DNA of 64,000 nt from Octopus sinensis (GCF_006345805.1 NW_021833877.1:1-64000), one strand, 5' to 3'. Shown: positions 26,310-40,970, counted from the first letter of the stretch. Notes: a model not told the origin generated them from the sequence alone. Program-made: numbers and translations.

Positions 26310-26471
26310 CCTCTTATAGCAAAACAGAACAACATAAGAATTATATCCTACAACCAACAGACACACAAGTTCAAACCCAGGCAAAATCAAAATCGTCAGT
26401 GTCCCCTTTGTGACTTCATAACAAAGTCCATTCCTGGACTCAAATTACATTCACGCAGCCACCGCAAATAG
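26310..26471 (+). pseudogene. Isolated C2H2 zinc-finger coding remnant, probably a LINE ORF2 C-terminus
   Basis: CPLCDFITKSIPGLKLHSRSH (26400-26462) is exact C-x2-C-x12-H-x3-H, followed by RK*. Confidence 0.55.
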
Positions 26472-27631
26472 ATGCAGCTTCTTTCAGTCTTTATTTTTAA
26501 CGTTGTTTCTTTTTTCTTTGTCTCACATTTTGAAAAATTTTAAATCCTCTCATTCAACCACTCACACGTCGAAGTCACCTTTACATAATGTAGTTGTGTG
26601 AAGCCGAAACAATGAGAGAAGGTACAAAGTAAACTACGAAAGGAAAAGAATACAGAACAAAGCTGCAGCTTTACCTTGTATTTCTATATTTCGGGGTGAA
26701 AACCTCTTCTTCAAGACATTCGGAAAAGCGGTAGTTAGAAAAGGTTGTTGAGATAGATAGATAAATAGATTGATAGATTGATAGATTGATATATAGATAG
26801 ACTGACTGATAGATTGATAGATTGATAGAGTGATAGATATATACCAAAGAGAGAGAGAGAGAGAGAGCTGAAACAGTATTTTACTTATGACTGATGATCG
26901 GAGACGTGAAACTCTGAGTAACAATTTGTGAAGTATTCTTATCTTCAGCAAAATACTATATACATACATGCATGCATACATACATACATATATGTGCATG
27001 TGTGTCCATGTATGTATAGATATATACAAATACATATAAAATATACGTACATATATACACACATACAAACACAGATGTGTTTGTCTGTATGTACGTATGT
27101 ATATATGTATGTATGTATGTATACATGTATGTATGTATGTACACATGCATGTATGTATGTATACATGTATGTATGTATGTATGTATGTATGTATGTATGT
27201 ATACATGTATGTATGTATGTATACATGTATGTATGTACACATGTATGTATGTATACATGTAAGTATGTATGTATGTGTGTCTATGTATGTATGTATGTAT
27301 GTATGTATGTATGTATGTATGTATGTATGTATACATGTATGTATGTATGTATGTATGTGTGTGTGTATGTATGTATGTATGTATGTATGCAAGCACGTAT
27401 GTACGCATGCGTATATTACTATGTGGAGAACGCCGGTTCATTTTCTTTGGTTGGCGGACGTTCTGAAACGAGCGGCGAGCTTTCGACGAGAATTTTAACA
27501 TGTGAAGTCCTAATTAGCTTGTATGAATAGACACGCACAAGACTTAAGTAACGCCGCCTAGCGGTATAATTAGTTTAGCTCTCCTTTCGCCAACGGTGAT
27601 GGCGCGGGATTGGTAATGCATTGAAGTGGCT

Positions 27632-27675
<44 letters not shown>

Positions 27676-27948
27676 GGTGGTGGTGGTGGTGGTGGCTGTG
27701 GTGATAGTAACGGTGGGGTGTTGGTGGGTATAGTAATTATAGAGATGTCAGTGGTGGTAGTGGTGGTTGCGGTTGTGATGGTGGCGGTGACGGTGGCGGC
27801 GATGGTGGTGGTATTTGTGGTGATGGTGGCGCTGATGATGGCGTTGGTGGTGGTTTTGGTGCTGGTGGCGGACGCTACCGTTTGTTATTGAGGTTTGCCG
27901 TTAGTGATGGAGTGGTTGTACGCGGTCGTGTTGATGGTCGTTATTGTG

Positions 27949-28044
<96 letters not shown>

Positions 28045-28939
28045 TATTGTAGTAGTAGTAGTAGTAGTAGTAGTGGTTATGGTGGCAGTGGTGGTATTAC
28101 AAATTCAAGGTTATCTTGTGTCGACAAGATAGTGGTAATGATAGAGATCATAATGTACTGCTGTTGTTTATCATCAACGCCTGCTTATCTGTGGCTGAGC
28201 AGATAAAATATACGATCAAAGGCGATCCAGCCGTGACAATCTCGTTATTTCTCTTTTTTTTTTCTTTGAGAGAGAAGGGTGTGATTTGAGGGAATTCGAT
28301 TATTATTTCTAGCAGACGAGCGATCACATAGAGGCTCCCAAAGTGGATCAGACCCTCTCATTATAATCATAGTAGTTGTTGTGGTAGAAATGGTTGTTAT
28401 TGTTGTTGTTGTTGCTGTTGTTCGGTGGTGATGTGGTGGTAGGGGGGGGGGGGTTGTGGTGGTGGTGGTGGTGGTGGTGGTAAAAGATAAACGATATAGC
28501 TATGACATTGTTTTTCTTTATTTATAAATGTGTGATGTCTATGTGATATCTATGATACCAGGATCGATGCAAGATGGGCCCAAACGATCGTAGTGATTAA
28601 TAAAGAATCTCATGCATTCCATTTTTTATTTCATTCATTTGTTATATTCGCTTATATTCATATAAACAAACTCATTTATGTATGGGTGTATGTATGTATG
28701 TATATATATTTATATATATATGAGTGCATGTTTATGCTACTCAACCCGCATATCTACAAACAGTGGGAACTCTCTTAACTAAAAAAGTCTTGTCGCTATA
28801 CTCTGCAAGGACTTGTCCCATTTGATGCAAGCTCAAAATGTCCTTAACCTTTACTCCGGGTTTCATGGTTCCTATATTTTGCGACTGCAGTCTGAAGATC
28901 GGACGCCTGAGACGACGTTTTTAGCATCCAGTAATGTGG

Positions 28940-29170
28940 AAGTGTGTGGCTTAGCGATTAGGGGTGTTGGGCTCATGATCGTAAGATTATGGTTTCGAGT
29001 CATGGGCCGGGAGACGCGTTGAGATCTTGGACGAAACACTTCGTTCCACGTTGGCAAAAATGAGAAAACGAGTAATCCTGCGACGGATCGGCGTCCCGTT
29101 CAAGGGGGAATGTATGCGCCACGGAAACCGGGAAACTGGCCATACATGTCTACATGATTCGAGAAGAGCA
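28940..29170 (+). mobile_element. tRNA-derived SINE (third family; relatives at ~33997-34190 + and ~49960-50160 -)
   Basis: Shared head catgatcgtaagatt(a/g)tggtttcga and downstream gtaatcctgcga...ggcgtcc. Confidence 0.65.
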
Positions 29171-29774
29171 TTTGTCCTTTAAGGGCAGCGACTGCGGAAT
29201 CGTTAGCTCACCGGGTAAAATGCTTAGCGGCATTTTGTCCGTCTTTACGTCCTGAATTCAAATTCCACCAAGATCGACTTTGCCCTTCATCCTTTCGGTA
29301 TCGATAAAATAAACACCAGTCTTCCGCAAAATGACTGCTCTTCCGCGCGAACATTTGAAATCAATAATATGGTAAGACCCACAAAGAACAGCTTTCTTGA
29401 AGAATTCTCTTCGCCAAATGCCAGATTAGTTTGAGCTTGACTTGGGATATATTTATTACAAGTAACAGCATATAAGGAGAGTTTCTAGGTCTGTGGATTG
29501 CGATATGATTATATTTCTAAAAAAGAAGAAGGAAGGAATTAAGATATTTTTAAGTCCATGGCAGCTGAACTAAGATATTGGAATTTGTTACCCGGGGAGA
29601 TTTTCAGACAAATATGTACGTATCAATACAATGCGGCCCGCGACCACTATCAAATGTTCATTCAAAACTCTCTAACAACAACAAAGAGTAGAGGTAGAGT
29701 AGATCTAACTCCAAGAGGTCCCTCACCAAGTTGGAACGAATGAAAAAACCGTGGACAGATAGCGCCTGCGTTTA

Positions 29775-30150
29775 TTCCGAAAGGATAAAAGGCAAAGTTG
29801 ACCTCGGCGGAATTTGAACTCAGAACGTAACGGCAGACGAAATACCTCTAAACATTTCGCCCGGCGTGCTAACGATTCTGCCAGCTCGCCGCCCTCTTTG
29901 AATTCATTACATTACCACCTATTTCTTTACTACCCACAAGGGGCTAAACACAGAGGGGACAAACCAGGACTGACAAACGGATTAAGTCGTTTACATCGAC
30001 CCCTGTGCGTAACTGGTACTTAATTTATCGACCCCGAAAGGATGAAAGTTAAGTCGACCTCGGCGGAATTTGAACTCAGAACGTAGCGGCAGACGAAATA
30101 CCTCTAAGCATTTCGCCCGGCGTGCTAACGATTCTGCCAGCTCGCCACCT
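29775..30150 (-). mobile_element. Two adjacent copies of the dominant SINE; the younger (29920-30150) has a 25-nt TSD
   Basis: TSD tctttgaattcattac(att/tta)accacc at 29895-29919 and 30151-30175, with 2 mismatches. Confidence 0.88.
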
Positions 30151-30754
30151 TCTTTGAATTCATTACTTAACCACCGCTTCGTTACATGATATCTCCCAAA
30201 ACTCAAGGATATAAAAGAAATAAACTCCATCTCCTTGTTTGCTCCTTTTGGATGCTCCTGAAAAGAGATGAAGAGGCCTAGATTAGTCCTCTTTGTGTAG
30301 ATCACGTGAGGAAAGCTAAACCAGAAGACGTTGACTCCGAGACATTTTGGAGAGATAAATCCATGCCAAAGAAAGTCTGTTATTAGGCAGCGCCGTTCAA
30401 TAGCTGTATTTAATTAAACCTGTGTTATTCAGATTTCAATTCTGGCAAAGTCTACTTGAACCTTTGATCTTTCCGTGGTTGATAAATTAATGCACCAGTT
30501 AAATACTGGGGTCGACTGAATCGTCTGTAACCTTCCACAAAGTTTGTGGCCTTTTGCCAACGTTAGAAATCAATATTTTAATATTATTGAACGGACGCAA
30601 TGCCTTGCGGTATTTATACTTTCATGAATGCATATTTGTACGTATACATGACTGTTTGTGTGTACGTGTGTGTGTGTATGTGTGTGTGTGAGTGTGTGTT
30701 TGTCTGTTCCTGAGATTGTCTGCGTGTGTGTTTGTGTGGTTTCGTGTTTGTCTG

Positions 30755-31195
30755 TAGTGTGTGTGTGTGTGTGTGCGTGTCTGTGTATGTGTGTTTGTCA
30801 GTAGTGTATGTGTGTGTGTTTGTCTGTAGTGTGTGTGTGTGTGTCAGTAGTGTGTGTGTGTGTGTTCGTCAGTAGTGTGTGTGTGTGTGTTTGTCTGTAG
30901 TGTGTGTGTGTGTGTCAGTAGTGTGTGTGTGTGTGTCGTCAGTAGTGTGTGTGTGTGTGTTTGTCTGTAGTGTGTGTGTGTGTGTCAGTAGTGTGTGTGT
31001 GTGTGTTCGTCAGTAGTGTGTGTGTGTGTTTGTCTGTAGTGTGTGTGTGTGTGTCAGTAGTGTGTGTGTGTGTGTGTTCGTCAGTAGTGTATGTGTGTGT
31101 GTTTGTCTGTAGTGTGTGTGTCAGTAGTGTGTGTTTGTGTCAGTAGTGTGTGTGTGTGTGTGTGTGTGTGTTTGTCAGTAGTGTGTGTGTGTGCT
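30755..31195. repeat. Compound minisatellite with alternating gtcagta(gt)n and gtttgtctgta(gt)n units
   Basis: The units are directly visible and repeated more than 10 times. Confidence 0.9.
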
Positions 31196-31633
31196 TATTT
31201 CAGTTCAATATATTATAACATATTTAGCGTCAGCAAACATATTTAGTCTCGTCGTAACCGAATTTTGCAGCAGAAATCCCAAGTTTATACGGGAGACACG
31301 TGATAAGCATTCCGAATATTGCGTTCGTTCGATTTCGATGACGACTCTTTAATTCTGATATAACCAAAATCTTGTTATTCCATCGTCTACACGAAGACAT
31401 ATTATAGAATTCTGTTCGTGTAGCGAAAGCGATGTCAGGGACGGGTGGAAGCGTCATTATAAACGAACGACCATAACTACATACAAATATATGGTGTATA
31501 CACAAATACATTCGGTAGTTTAGAGAGGAAAGCTTAGCGATCTTGAAGAAATTTTGGGGGCTGGTCACTCTTGTCAATTAACGAAAGGTATTGTATAGAA
31601 AGGGGAGAATCGGAGTGTGGGATGCACATGTGT

Positions 31634-31664
<31 letters not shown>

Positions 31665-31695
31665 TATATACACACACACGCACACACACATATAT

Positions 31696-31900
31696 AGTCA
31701 TTTGGCCGGAGCCATGCTGGAGTACCGTCTTTAGTCGAACAAATCGACCCCGGGGCTTAATCTTTGTAAGCCTTGTACTTATTCTATCGGGCCACTTTTG
31801 CCGAACTGCTAAGTCACGGGGACGTAAACGCACCAGCATCGGTTGTCGAGCGATGGTGGGGGACAAACACAGACACACAAACATATACATACATGTGTGG
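31696..31900 (-). mobile_element. 3' part of a composite SINE (related parts at 34896-34960, 38703-38755, 41907-42090, 48252-48450)
   Basis: Shared cagtcatttgactgcggccatgctggagcaccgcc...ttttgccgaactgctaagt...acggggacgtaaac...ggttgtc. Confidence 0.8.
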
Positions 31901-32199
31901 GTGTGTGTGCGTGTGTGAGTATGCACGTTCTCTTATGTTTTTCATTATTTAAATTCTTCCTCAGATGAAGGAGCTGGTTTCTAACAAAGATATAAAGCTT
32001 CGTCTTTATATGTATGCATGTATGCATGTATGTATGTATGCAAGTATGTATGTATGTATGTATGTATGTATGTATGTATGTATGTACGTATGTATGTCTC
32101 TTCTATTTTTTTAATTATGGGAAAAATCTTCCACTGAGATGGGAGACGGTTTCCAACAAAGAGACAAGGCTCCAACTTTGGGATGTAGTTAAAACAGAC

Positions 32200-33095
32200 A
32201 AATTCACATTTGGAACTTGAGAAAAGTCTTGCATATTTTTACTGTTCCACTCACAGATTGTATTTGTAATGTACGAATTAACCGGTCGATTTCTCTTTCT
32301 GAAATTCTCATTTTATCCAGAATTTCCTTTAAGCATTTACTAGCAAAACCTAGTGCTCCAATTATTATTGGTATGAATATGAATTCATAGTCTGGATATA
32401 GAAGCTGGAGGTTTCGATGTAGTTGTCCATAGATATCCTCTTTTTCTTTGATTTTCAAAGAGATATTTATATCTGCAGGGCAACTAACCTCTATGATGGT
32501 ACATACCTTTTCCCCTCTGTACCAAACTACAATATCCGGCCTGTTATGTTTACATTTGACAGAGGTTTTTGGTGGGAATATTCCACCAGTATTCCTTGAG
32601 TTGGTGTTTATGAGTGTATTCCATAACAGAGGGATTTTCTAAGTTTATTTCAGGACAGTCATTTTTGCGAATGACATTGTAAATTGTTTTCGCGACAACA
32701 TCGTGCCGCTTAGGGAGGTAGTACCGTGACGACATTTTAGGACAGCTGCTAATCACATGTGTGATGTCTTCCACAGAAATATGACATAGCCTACACATAC
32801 GATTGCACCTTGGGACTACGAGAGCGTCACTGTCTCTCTTGTTCACCTGGTACTTTGTGGCAATCTCCTGTTCCTGGATTGCAAACGCATAGCCTTCAAA
32901 GTGTGACGTGATGTAGTGGTCTTGGGTCAACATGAGGCTGCGCTTCGTGTCAAGTCTACTGTCTTCTTCAAGCTCCCGGGCAACATACATATGCATAGTC
33001 TTTTTTTGTATGCTGAGTCCTTTCCATCAATGTCTTCTCTGAGGTAAGAGAACCCAGCTGTTTTGAGGCTGTATAGGAGATCATCTGGAAGAGAG
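32200..33095 (-). mobile_element. R4/Dong-like (RLE-type) non-LTR retrotransposon, 3' coding fragment
   Basis: FEGYAFAIQEQEIATKY, CCHC knuckle CRLCHISVEDITHVISSC, RHDVVAKTIY, and C-terminal FIPIIIGALG...TVKICKTFL. Satellite fragments at ~33280-33400 and ~33730-33850. Confidence 0.88.
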
Positions 33096-35274
33096 TGCTT
33101 GTATGTATGTATGTATGTATGTATGTATGTATGTATGTATGTATGTATGTATGTATGTATGTATTACGTATGTACGTACGTATGTATGTATGCATTCCCT
33201 TCTCTTTATATTTATTTGAAGTTCGATCAAAACAGTAGCTGGTTTCTAAAAAATACAAGGCTCCATCGTTGGAAACTAGATAACAAAAAAAAATACACAT
33301 TCTGAACTTGAGGAAAGTCTTGCATACTTTTACTGTTCCACTTAAAGATTGTATTTGTAATGTGCTTGTTAGCTGGTTGCTGTCTTTTTCTGAAAACCTT
33401 AGCTTGGCCAGATTTTCCCTTAGGTAGGAGGAATTCCAACCGCGTTTTGTAGTTTGCTACCTCAACAGCTCCTTTATAGGATCCAGTGGCTAAAGACATC
33501 ATCAGGATGACCCACGTCCGATTTCGGCCCCTACTCCTCTACCGTTTTCAACGTGGCTCTCCCCTTCTTGTCGGAGTTGTCTTCAGCTCTAGTGTTGAGT
33601 GCATTTTTTCTTTCTCCTTCTTTCTTCTGTTCCCTGGCCTCCTCGATCCAGCCTCAACGACTGTCAGCGGGTGACTGACCATCCTGCCAAATTTCCCTTT
33701 AAATACTCACTTGTAGGCTCCAGCAGCCATTAAAAATAAAACAAAGTGCACCAATTATTGTTGGTATAAGTGTCAATTTATAATCTGGATAAAGAAGCTG
33801 GAGGTTTCGAAACCCTTTCCTTTTCTTTCTCTTTAGTTTTCGAAGTGATTCACATTTAGCAAGACAGCTGACCTCTGTATGCATGTAAATGTGTTTATAT
33901 ATATGTGAATATGTACTTATGCGTGTATGAATATGTGTATGTATGCATATAAAAATATATATGTGTATATAAATGTCGACTTAGTTATTTCAAGCAGAGG
34001 CGCGTAGTTTAGTGGTTAGTGTGTTGGATTCATGATCGTAAGATTGTAGTTTCGATTCCTGGTCCAAGCGTTGCATAGTGTTCCTGAGTAAACCATTTCA
34101 TTCCTCGTTGCTCCAGGCTCTTCAGCTTGCAAAAATAAGTAATCCTGCGAAGGAATGGCGTCCAGTCCAGGGGGGGGCAGTATATATGCCACAGAAAGTG
34201 GAGAACTGGGCTTATGAGTTTATATGGCTCGGAGAAGGAGCTTCATTTTCTGTTTTTAATTTATTTTACATTACGAATCAAGATTGCATACGGAGTATTG
34301 GCAGAATCGTTAGAGCATTGGACAAAATTCCTTACAATATTTATTACTGACTCTTGTCGTTCTAGTGTTCAAATCACGACATGGGTAATCTTTCCTTTCA
34401 TCCTTCCTCGGACGATAATATAAATACTAGTCAGAGATCGGGGTAAATTTCAATCACCACTAAAAAAGGCACCTAAAACATTTAGTTGAAAAGGTTATCA
34501 TGCTACGAAAGTGTAGTCGTTCGCAGCTGATGGCTGGCTCTTAAATATATTGTCACGCGTGGGTGATTGTGGTTAAGTGTTTAGTCATAAGTTAGCCATG
34601 ACCAAACATATATAAACAAAGATGTTCAAAATATGAGCATCTTGTCTTTTATACAAACAGTTTATCTAAAAGTATATAATCGGTTCTAATAAAGGCTATG
34701 GATTTGGGGAAGAGGTATTAGTCGCTAGCATTGACCCTGGGCCTTGACTGGTGCTATATTTTATCGACCTCGGCAGAGTAAAAAGCAAAGATGTCCTAGC
34801 TAACTCAGAATGCAAACGGTTATAACTAATTACTGCAAAGCTCTATTGGTTTGAGAGCGTAACGTTTCTGCCATCATTTAAGATATAACTCTCTTTACTC
34901 TTTTACTTGTTTCTGTCATTTGACTGTGGCCATGCTGGAGCACCGCCTTTAGTCGAGCAAATATAATTTGTTAATTAATTTGAAGACAAAGGCAGCGATC
35001 CAGCAGAATCGTTAACAGACCGGAACAAAATGCTTGGTAGTATTATATCCGCCTTTACGTCCTAAGTTCAAATTCCACCGAAGTCGACTTAGCCCATCCT
35101 TTCATGATAAATAAAGTACCAGTCAAGTACTAAGGTCGATGTAATATAATAAACCCTCCTCTTAAAATAGCATTGTGCCAAAATTTGAAATCATTATTAT
35201 TATAAAGACAGCACGTGTGGTTTGGAGATGTTTGTCTTTTTTTCTTGCAGGTCGAGTGTTCACAAAATGGCTTC

Positions 35275-35329
<55 letters not shown>

Positions 35330-36944
35330 CTGTAGTAGTAGTGGTAGTAGCAGCAGCAGCAACAAGAAAAACATTAGTGAGGAGTGTGATGTGAATTATT
35401 TACTGTCGCGTTGCTTCAATGATCTTAATTAGCGTTGGTGTTGTTTTTTCTCTGCCAATTAGTCAGAGAAGAAAGGTCACTACGTAAGCCATGACCGTTG
35501 ATTTTGTTTATCATACCTCACCTCCCGAGACTGGGGTATGAAAGTGTGAGAGTTTTCCTCATCGCTGAGAACTACTCCGCTGAGAACTGCCCCGAGAACT
35601 AGTCCGCTTCGAACTGCTCCGTTTCATATCCGTTTTTGTCCAAATACAGATGTGAAACGGGGCAGCGGAACAAGTGTACGAATTAATATCGGAAACTGCA
35701 AGGAACCGAGATGAATACAGCAAAGTATTTTGTGCCACGTTAAAGCAACCCCACAAACTCCTAAACTGGATTAAGCCGCCGATTGTCAGAGTCGTTAGAG
35801 AGTTGGATAAATTGCTTTGCAGTAATCGTTCCGGCTCTCTACATTCTGAGTTCAAACCACGCCGAGATTAACTTTGCCTTTTATTTTCTAGAAGTCGATA
35901 AATTACCAGTCATATACCCGGGAAGATTTTTGTATTTATTTCACTCGTTTTGTCTGTCATGACTTTCCTTCTTCTGATAGACGTCGGTTGTGTTCAGGCG
36001 TAGAGAGGGAGGGGATCCTCCAACTCTAAAACTACCGAAGACACGCCGTATATTATACAACGGCGTCTCTACAACTCCATTAAAGACTTGAGTGCCCACG
36101 AGAAGGTTACCTGAACTGATAGTTTATTTTATCGATTTGAACAAATGAAAATCAAAGTTTACTTCAGAGGGATTTGAACTCGAGATGCAGATGTCCAGAA
36201 CAAACACCACACGGTACATTGTCAAACGCGTTAACGATTTTCCCAACGCAACACCTAAATTTAAATCTCTGGTTTAGAGATTATTCTGGTAGTTTTGATG
36301 GTGTAAATTGCTGTTGTTCTGGCGATGACACAGTAGCAGCAGCAGCAACAGCAGCAGCAGAAGTAGTAGTAGCTGCTACAGTTGTTATGGTGGTGGTGAT
36401 GATTGCTGTAATGGTGGTGGTGTTTGTTATCGTTTATCTGGTGAGGGTAATAGGGCAGACGTTTCTGTGTGTTGTCGTCGTCATCGTCGAAGTAGTAGTA
36501 GTGGTTTTGTTCTTGTTGTTACTTTGGCGATAGTAGTCATTATTTGTTTTTTAGTGATGCAAAAAAAAATTTTTTTTCCCTTTTTTTGTATCGAAAATTT
36601 TTTGTTCAATGTTTGCTTGCTTTGCTCCAATCGCCAGATACAATAATATATCTAATTGACCGCGCCTGCGCACACGTCTTTCTTATCTCTCATGCACGCA
36701 TGCACGAACGAACCAACCAACGAACGCACGCACATAGGTTGCCTTTTATTCCCCCTTCCCTTCTTGCCCCCGATGCGCCTTTTCCCTTCCCGCTTCTCTC
36801 TCTCACCCTTTCTCTCTCTCTCTCTCCTTGTATCTCCCCTTATCTATCTAACCACTCTTTCTAGACAACAACAATCCAATCAGATGCAACAAGGCAAGCA
36901 ATCAACTGATTTGTTGTTATTACGAATTCATAAGTGTTTCACGC

Positions 36945-37002
<58 letters not shown>

Positions 37003-37003
37003 G

Positions 37004-37035
<32 letters not shown>

Positions 37036-37203
37036 GTCACCAGCCGCTCACATAATTCCTGCTAAGACTTTGCTTTCCTCTGCTGCTCCATTTTACAGTT
37101 GCTTTATTTCATTTTATTCTTTTCTTTTCTATTTTATTCTCGGTTTTGCGTTTAAATTCTGTATTTCCTCCTTCTAACCTCCTAACAAACTGCTTCGATC
37201 ATT

Positions 37204-37250
<47 letters not shown>

Positions 37251-37559
37251 GTGGTTGGTGTTGTTGTTGTTGTTATTATTATTATTATCATCATCATTAT
37301 TATTAGGGCGGTGTGCTGGCAGAATCGTTACCACGCCGATAAGAATGCTTGTTGACATTTCGTACGTCCTTACGTTCAGAGTTCAAATTCCGCCGAGGTC
37401 GACTTTGCCTTTCGTCCTTTTAGCGAAACACTGGGGTCGATGTAATCGACTTAACCCCTCCCCCAAAGTTTCAGGCATTGTGCCCTTAGCAGAAAGGATT
37501 ATTGTTGTTGCTGCTGTTGTTGTTATTATTAATATTCATACACACACAACAAGTTAGAC

Positions 37560-38060
37560 TGTTGGAAAAGGAAAATTATTAATCGGGTTACAATTAGACT
37601 TAGGTGCCAAGAACCCTCTTATCAAGTTACAGCAAGTAAGCTTAGATGCTTAGAACCCTCCTAAATATCGTAGATATCCCTAATAACACTGTTTTCTGCA
37701 GTTGTACTAAACTAGGTTTTTTTGTCTAACCCTCTATCCATCTGTTCAGATCTTTAGGGATAGCTCTCAAAGCTCATATAACTACTGGGATTCATTTTAC
37801 CCACCATTTCCATAGTCTCTATAATTCAATAGCTAGGTCCTGGTACTTCGCTAATTTTTCTGCACTTCCCATATTAATTTTTTCATTATTTGGGACTGTG
37901 AAGTCAATTACCTGGCACTTTCTAGTTACTACTACCAAATCAGGCCTTCTAGTTTCTATTACTCAGTCAGGCCAAATGTTAAAGAAGTTCCACAACTTCT
38001 TATATTTCGTACTTTCTATTACTTTTCTTGGTTCATGTTCATACCATTTATCAGTATGGT
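37560..38060 (-). mobile_element. R4/Dong-like RLE domain remnant
   Basis: Minus-strand translation gives IETRRPDLVVV...VIDFTVP...KYQDLAIEL...IPVVI, the PD-(D/E)xK nuclease region. Confidence 0.75.
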
Positions 38061-38322
38061 CAAATTCCGCATAGGTTTTTTTTGCCGTTCATCCTTTCGG
38101 GGTCAATAAATTAAGTACCAGGTGCGTATTGGGGTCGATCTAATCGACTGACCCCCCTCCTCCAAAATTTCTAAGTTCAAGTTCAGGCGAGGTCGACGAC
38201 TTTGCCTTTACATTCTTTTCTGGGTCGATAAAATAAGTACCAGCTGAAAACTGGCGTCGATGTAATCGTCTCATCCCTACCTCCCCCCAAATTCCTGCCG
38301 TTGTGCAAAATTTGAAACCATT

Positions 38323-38354
<32 letters not shown>

Positions 38355-38834
38355 TATGTTTAGTCCTGGCTGAAATTCTTTCATTTTGCTTCAGTTCTTT
38401 GTCATCTTTAAATTTCTTTTGCTCTACTTTCGTTATTTTGTCTTGTAGCTCATTTCCGTCATCACAGAAAAGCTCATCCTGAAGTACCACGCTTTCGAAA
38501 TTGCATGTCTTAAAGTCATGCTTTGCTCGATTTTTGTGGCTGTTTTTTTCTTCCGTCAATGTCTCAACCATTCTTTGTCAGACATTCTTCAATTTCTGTT
38601 TGTCGTACTTTTACCTTTCTCTTTATTTTTTCTCTTAACTTTCTCCTTTTCTCTTTTCGTTTTATATTCCTTTGCTTGTTTCCCTATTCATTTATCTTTT
38701 ACTAGTTTCAATCATTGGACTGCGGTCACACTGGAGCATCACATTGAATTGTTGTAAAATGGTGGTGGAGACAAGCACAAGCACAGATACACGTTCGCAC
38801 ATACATATATACTTACACAGATCACACATACATA

Positions 38835-38892
<58 letters not shown>

Positions 38893-38983
38893 GCACATAT
38901 ATTCATATATGTATATATATTATATATATATACATACATATATACATATACATATACACATGTACATACATATACATATATAC

Positions 38984-39040
<57 letters not shown>

Positions 39041-39679
39041 TATATACACGATGGTTTCATGTTGTTTCCTTCTACCAAATCACTCACAAGGAATTGGTCG
39101 GCCTTGGGTTATTGTAGAAAATACTTGCTCAACATGCCGGGATCCGGAGCTGAACACGAAACCACGTGATATTTTGAACGCTTTTAGTTTCATCATAATT
39201 TCCCTTCCTTCCTTCCTTTCTTCCTTTTTCGTTTCCTTCATCTCACATTTTCTTCATTTTTTCTTTCATTTTCCTTCTTTCTCCATTTCATTCTGTCACT
39301 CTTCTTCAATACTTTCATTTTCATGTTGTTCTCTTTCACAAACCATTCTTTGAATGTCTATGTGCTTACTCTACTTCGGACTGCAATGTAATACATAATC
39401 CAGCTACAGGTGAGCTTTCTAATGAAGGTTCGATTCGCACCCGAATATTTACTAAGTTCACCTACATAGCTTATACATTCGTGAAATATACATATAGTGT
39501 ATCTTGCATATGTATATATATATATATATTACCTTCGAAACACGCATTGTGTCGAACCAGGGGCAGCTGATGAAGGGTGTTTTGCTCATAAACACACACA
39601 CATCGCCAGGTCTGAGATTCGAACACGCGAACTTTCGACCGCGAGTCCGCTGCTCTAACCACTCGGCCACGCGTCTCCA

Positions 39680-39710
<31 letters not shown>

Positions 39711-39717
39711 CTATATC

Positions 39718-39750
<33 letters not shown>

Positions 39751-39834
39751 TATATTATATATATATATATATAATATATATATATGTGATAGATATTTGT
39801 TTGTATATGTTTATAGTTGTGAGTTACATATAAG

Positions 39835-39970
39835 GAAGGATCACTTAACAATTATCAGGCCTGCCACATGGACGGTTGGTATTCGTCTCCATTTTAGATG
39901 AGAAAACAAAATAGAGACAAGTACCAACTTTGCAGTGTGGCAGGTCTGATAATTATCAAGAGATCCCTTC
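39835..39970. repeat. 136-nt imperfect hairpin (small MITE or hairpin RNA)
   Basis: gaaggatcacttaacaattatcaggcctgccaca...ttggtattcgtctc pairs with gagacaagtaccaa...tgtggcaggtctgataattatcaagagatcccttc. The loop is ~24 nt. Confidence 0.8.
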
Positions 39971-40439
39971 TGCATGGAACTATTGGTAGCTTTGTTACCT
40001 CACAGATAAAAAAATATTTATCCACCAATGCGGTGCTGAGCACACATTGTCACTGTGAGATATTACTGTACATATAAAAGTATGCAATACTTCGTTGGCA
40101 TTGAATACTCACTTTCTCTTGTATTGGAGGCGGAGTTATCTCCCGCTGGTGATGTATAAAAGAGCGCTTATGTGCACCACAACCTCATATGAGAGGTCCT
40201 CTCATGACAGCTATCGTAGTATTTTGCGTTGTAACACAGTATCCTCTTTAAGTAGGGATTAATATTACTTATTGTTTTAAGAATTTCAATTCTTTTATAA
40301 TTTCATTCATCTAACGGCTGTGATTTTATAAAATTGGTTGTCCTACCCTACACGATTTTGCAGTTATCCTTCCCTTTCTTTTAACGTTGTATATTGCTAT
40401 GCATGAATGATGATGTGTGTGATTACTCTTAATATATAA

Positions 40440-40835
40440 AGAAAAGCCGGACAAAATGCTTAGCGGAATTTTCCCCGGCTCTTTACGTTTTGAGTCAAAA
40501 TCCTGCTGAGGGATTTAGCCTTCCGGGTTGGTAAGATAAATAACAGTCGAACACTGGGGTTGATGTAATCGACTTAAATCCACCTCGAACATGCTACCCT
40601 TGTGCCAAAACTTGAAAGCATTTTTAAGGCGGCGAGCTGGCAGGATTATTGGGTACGCCGGGCAAAATGCTTATCGGCATTTCGTCCGTCTTTACGTTCT
40701 GAGTTCAAATTCCACTGAGGTCGACCTTGACTTTTATTCTTTCGGGGTCGATAAAATAAGTCCCAGTTGAGCACTGAGGTCGATGCAATCGACTAGGTTC
40801 CTTCCCCAAATTCTTAGGCCTTGCACTTATAGTAG
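40440..40835 (+). mobile_element. Two tandem copies of the dominant SINE just upstream of the recognition-helix exon
   Basis: Head aggcggcgagctggcagg at ~40627, core ttcggggtcgataaaataagtcccag. A more decayed copy lies at 40440-40620. Confidence 0.8.
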
Positions 40836-40970
40836 AAAGGATTTTTATTATTGTTATTGTTGTTGTTGCTGTTGTTGTTGTTGTTGTTATCATGATAATC
40901 CTCCTCACAACCTTCATTATAATACTCGTCCTCCTCATCATGATCATCATTATCGTCGTTTATCCAACAG

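Noticed and set aside
35570-35625. Short gagaact tandem array, superficially CRISPR-like
   Set aside because: Eukaryotic context, ~15-nt degenerate units, no spacers and no cas genes.
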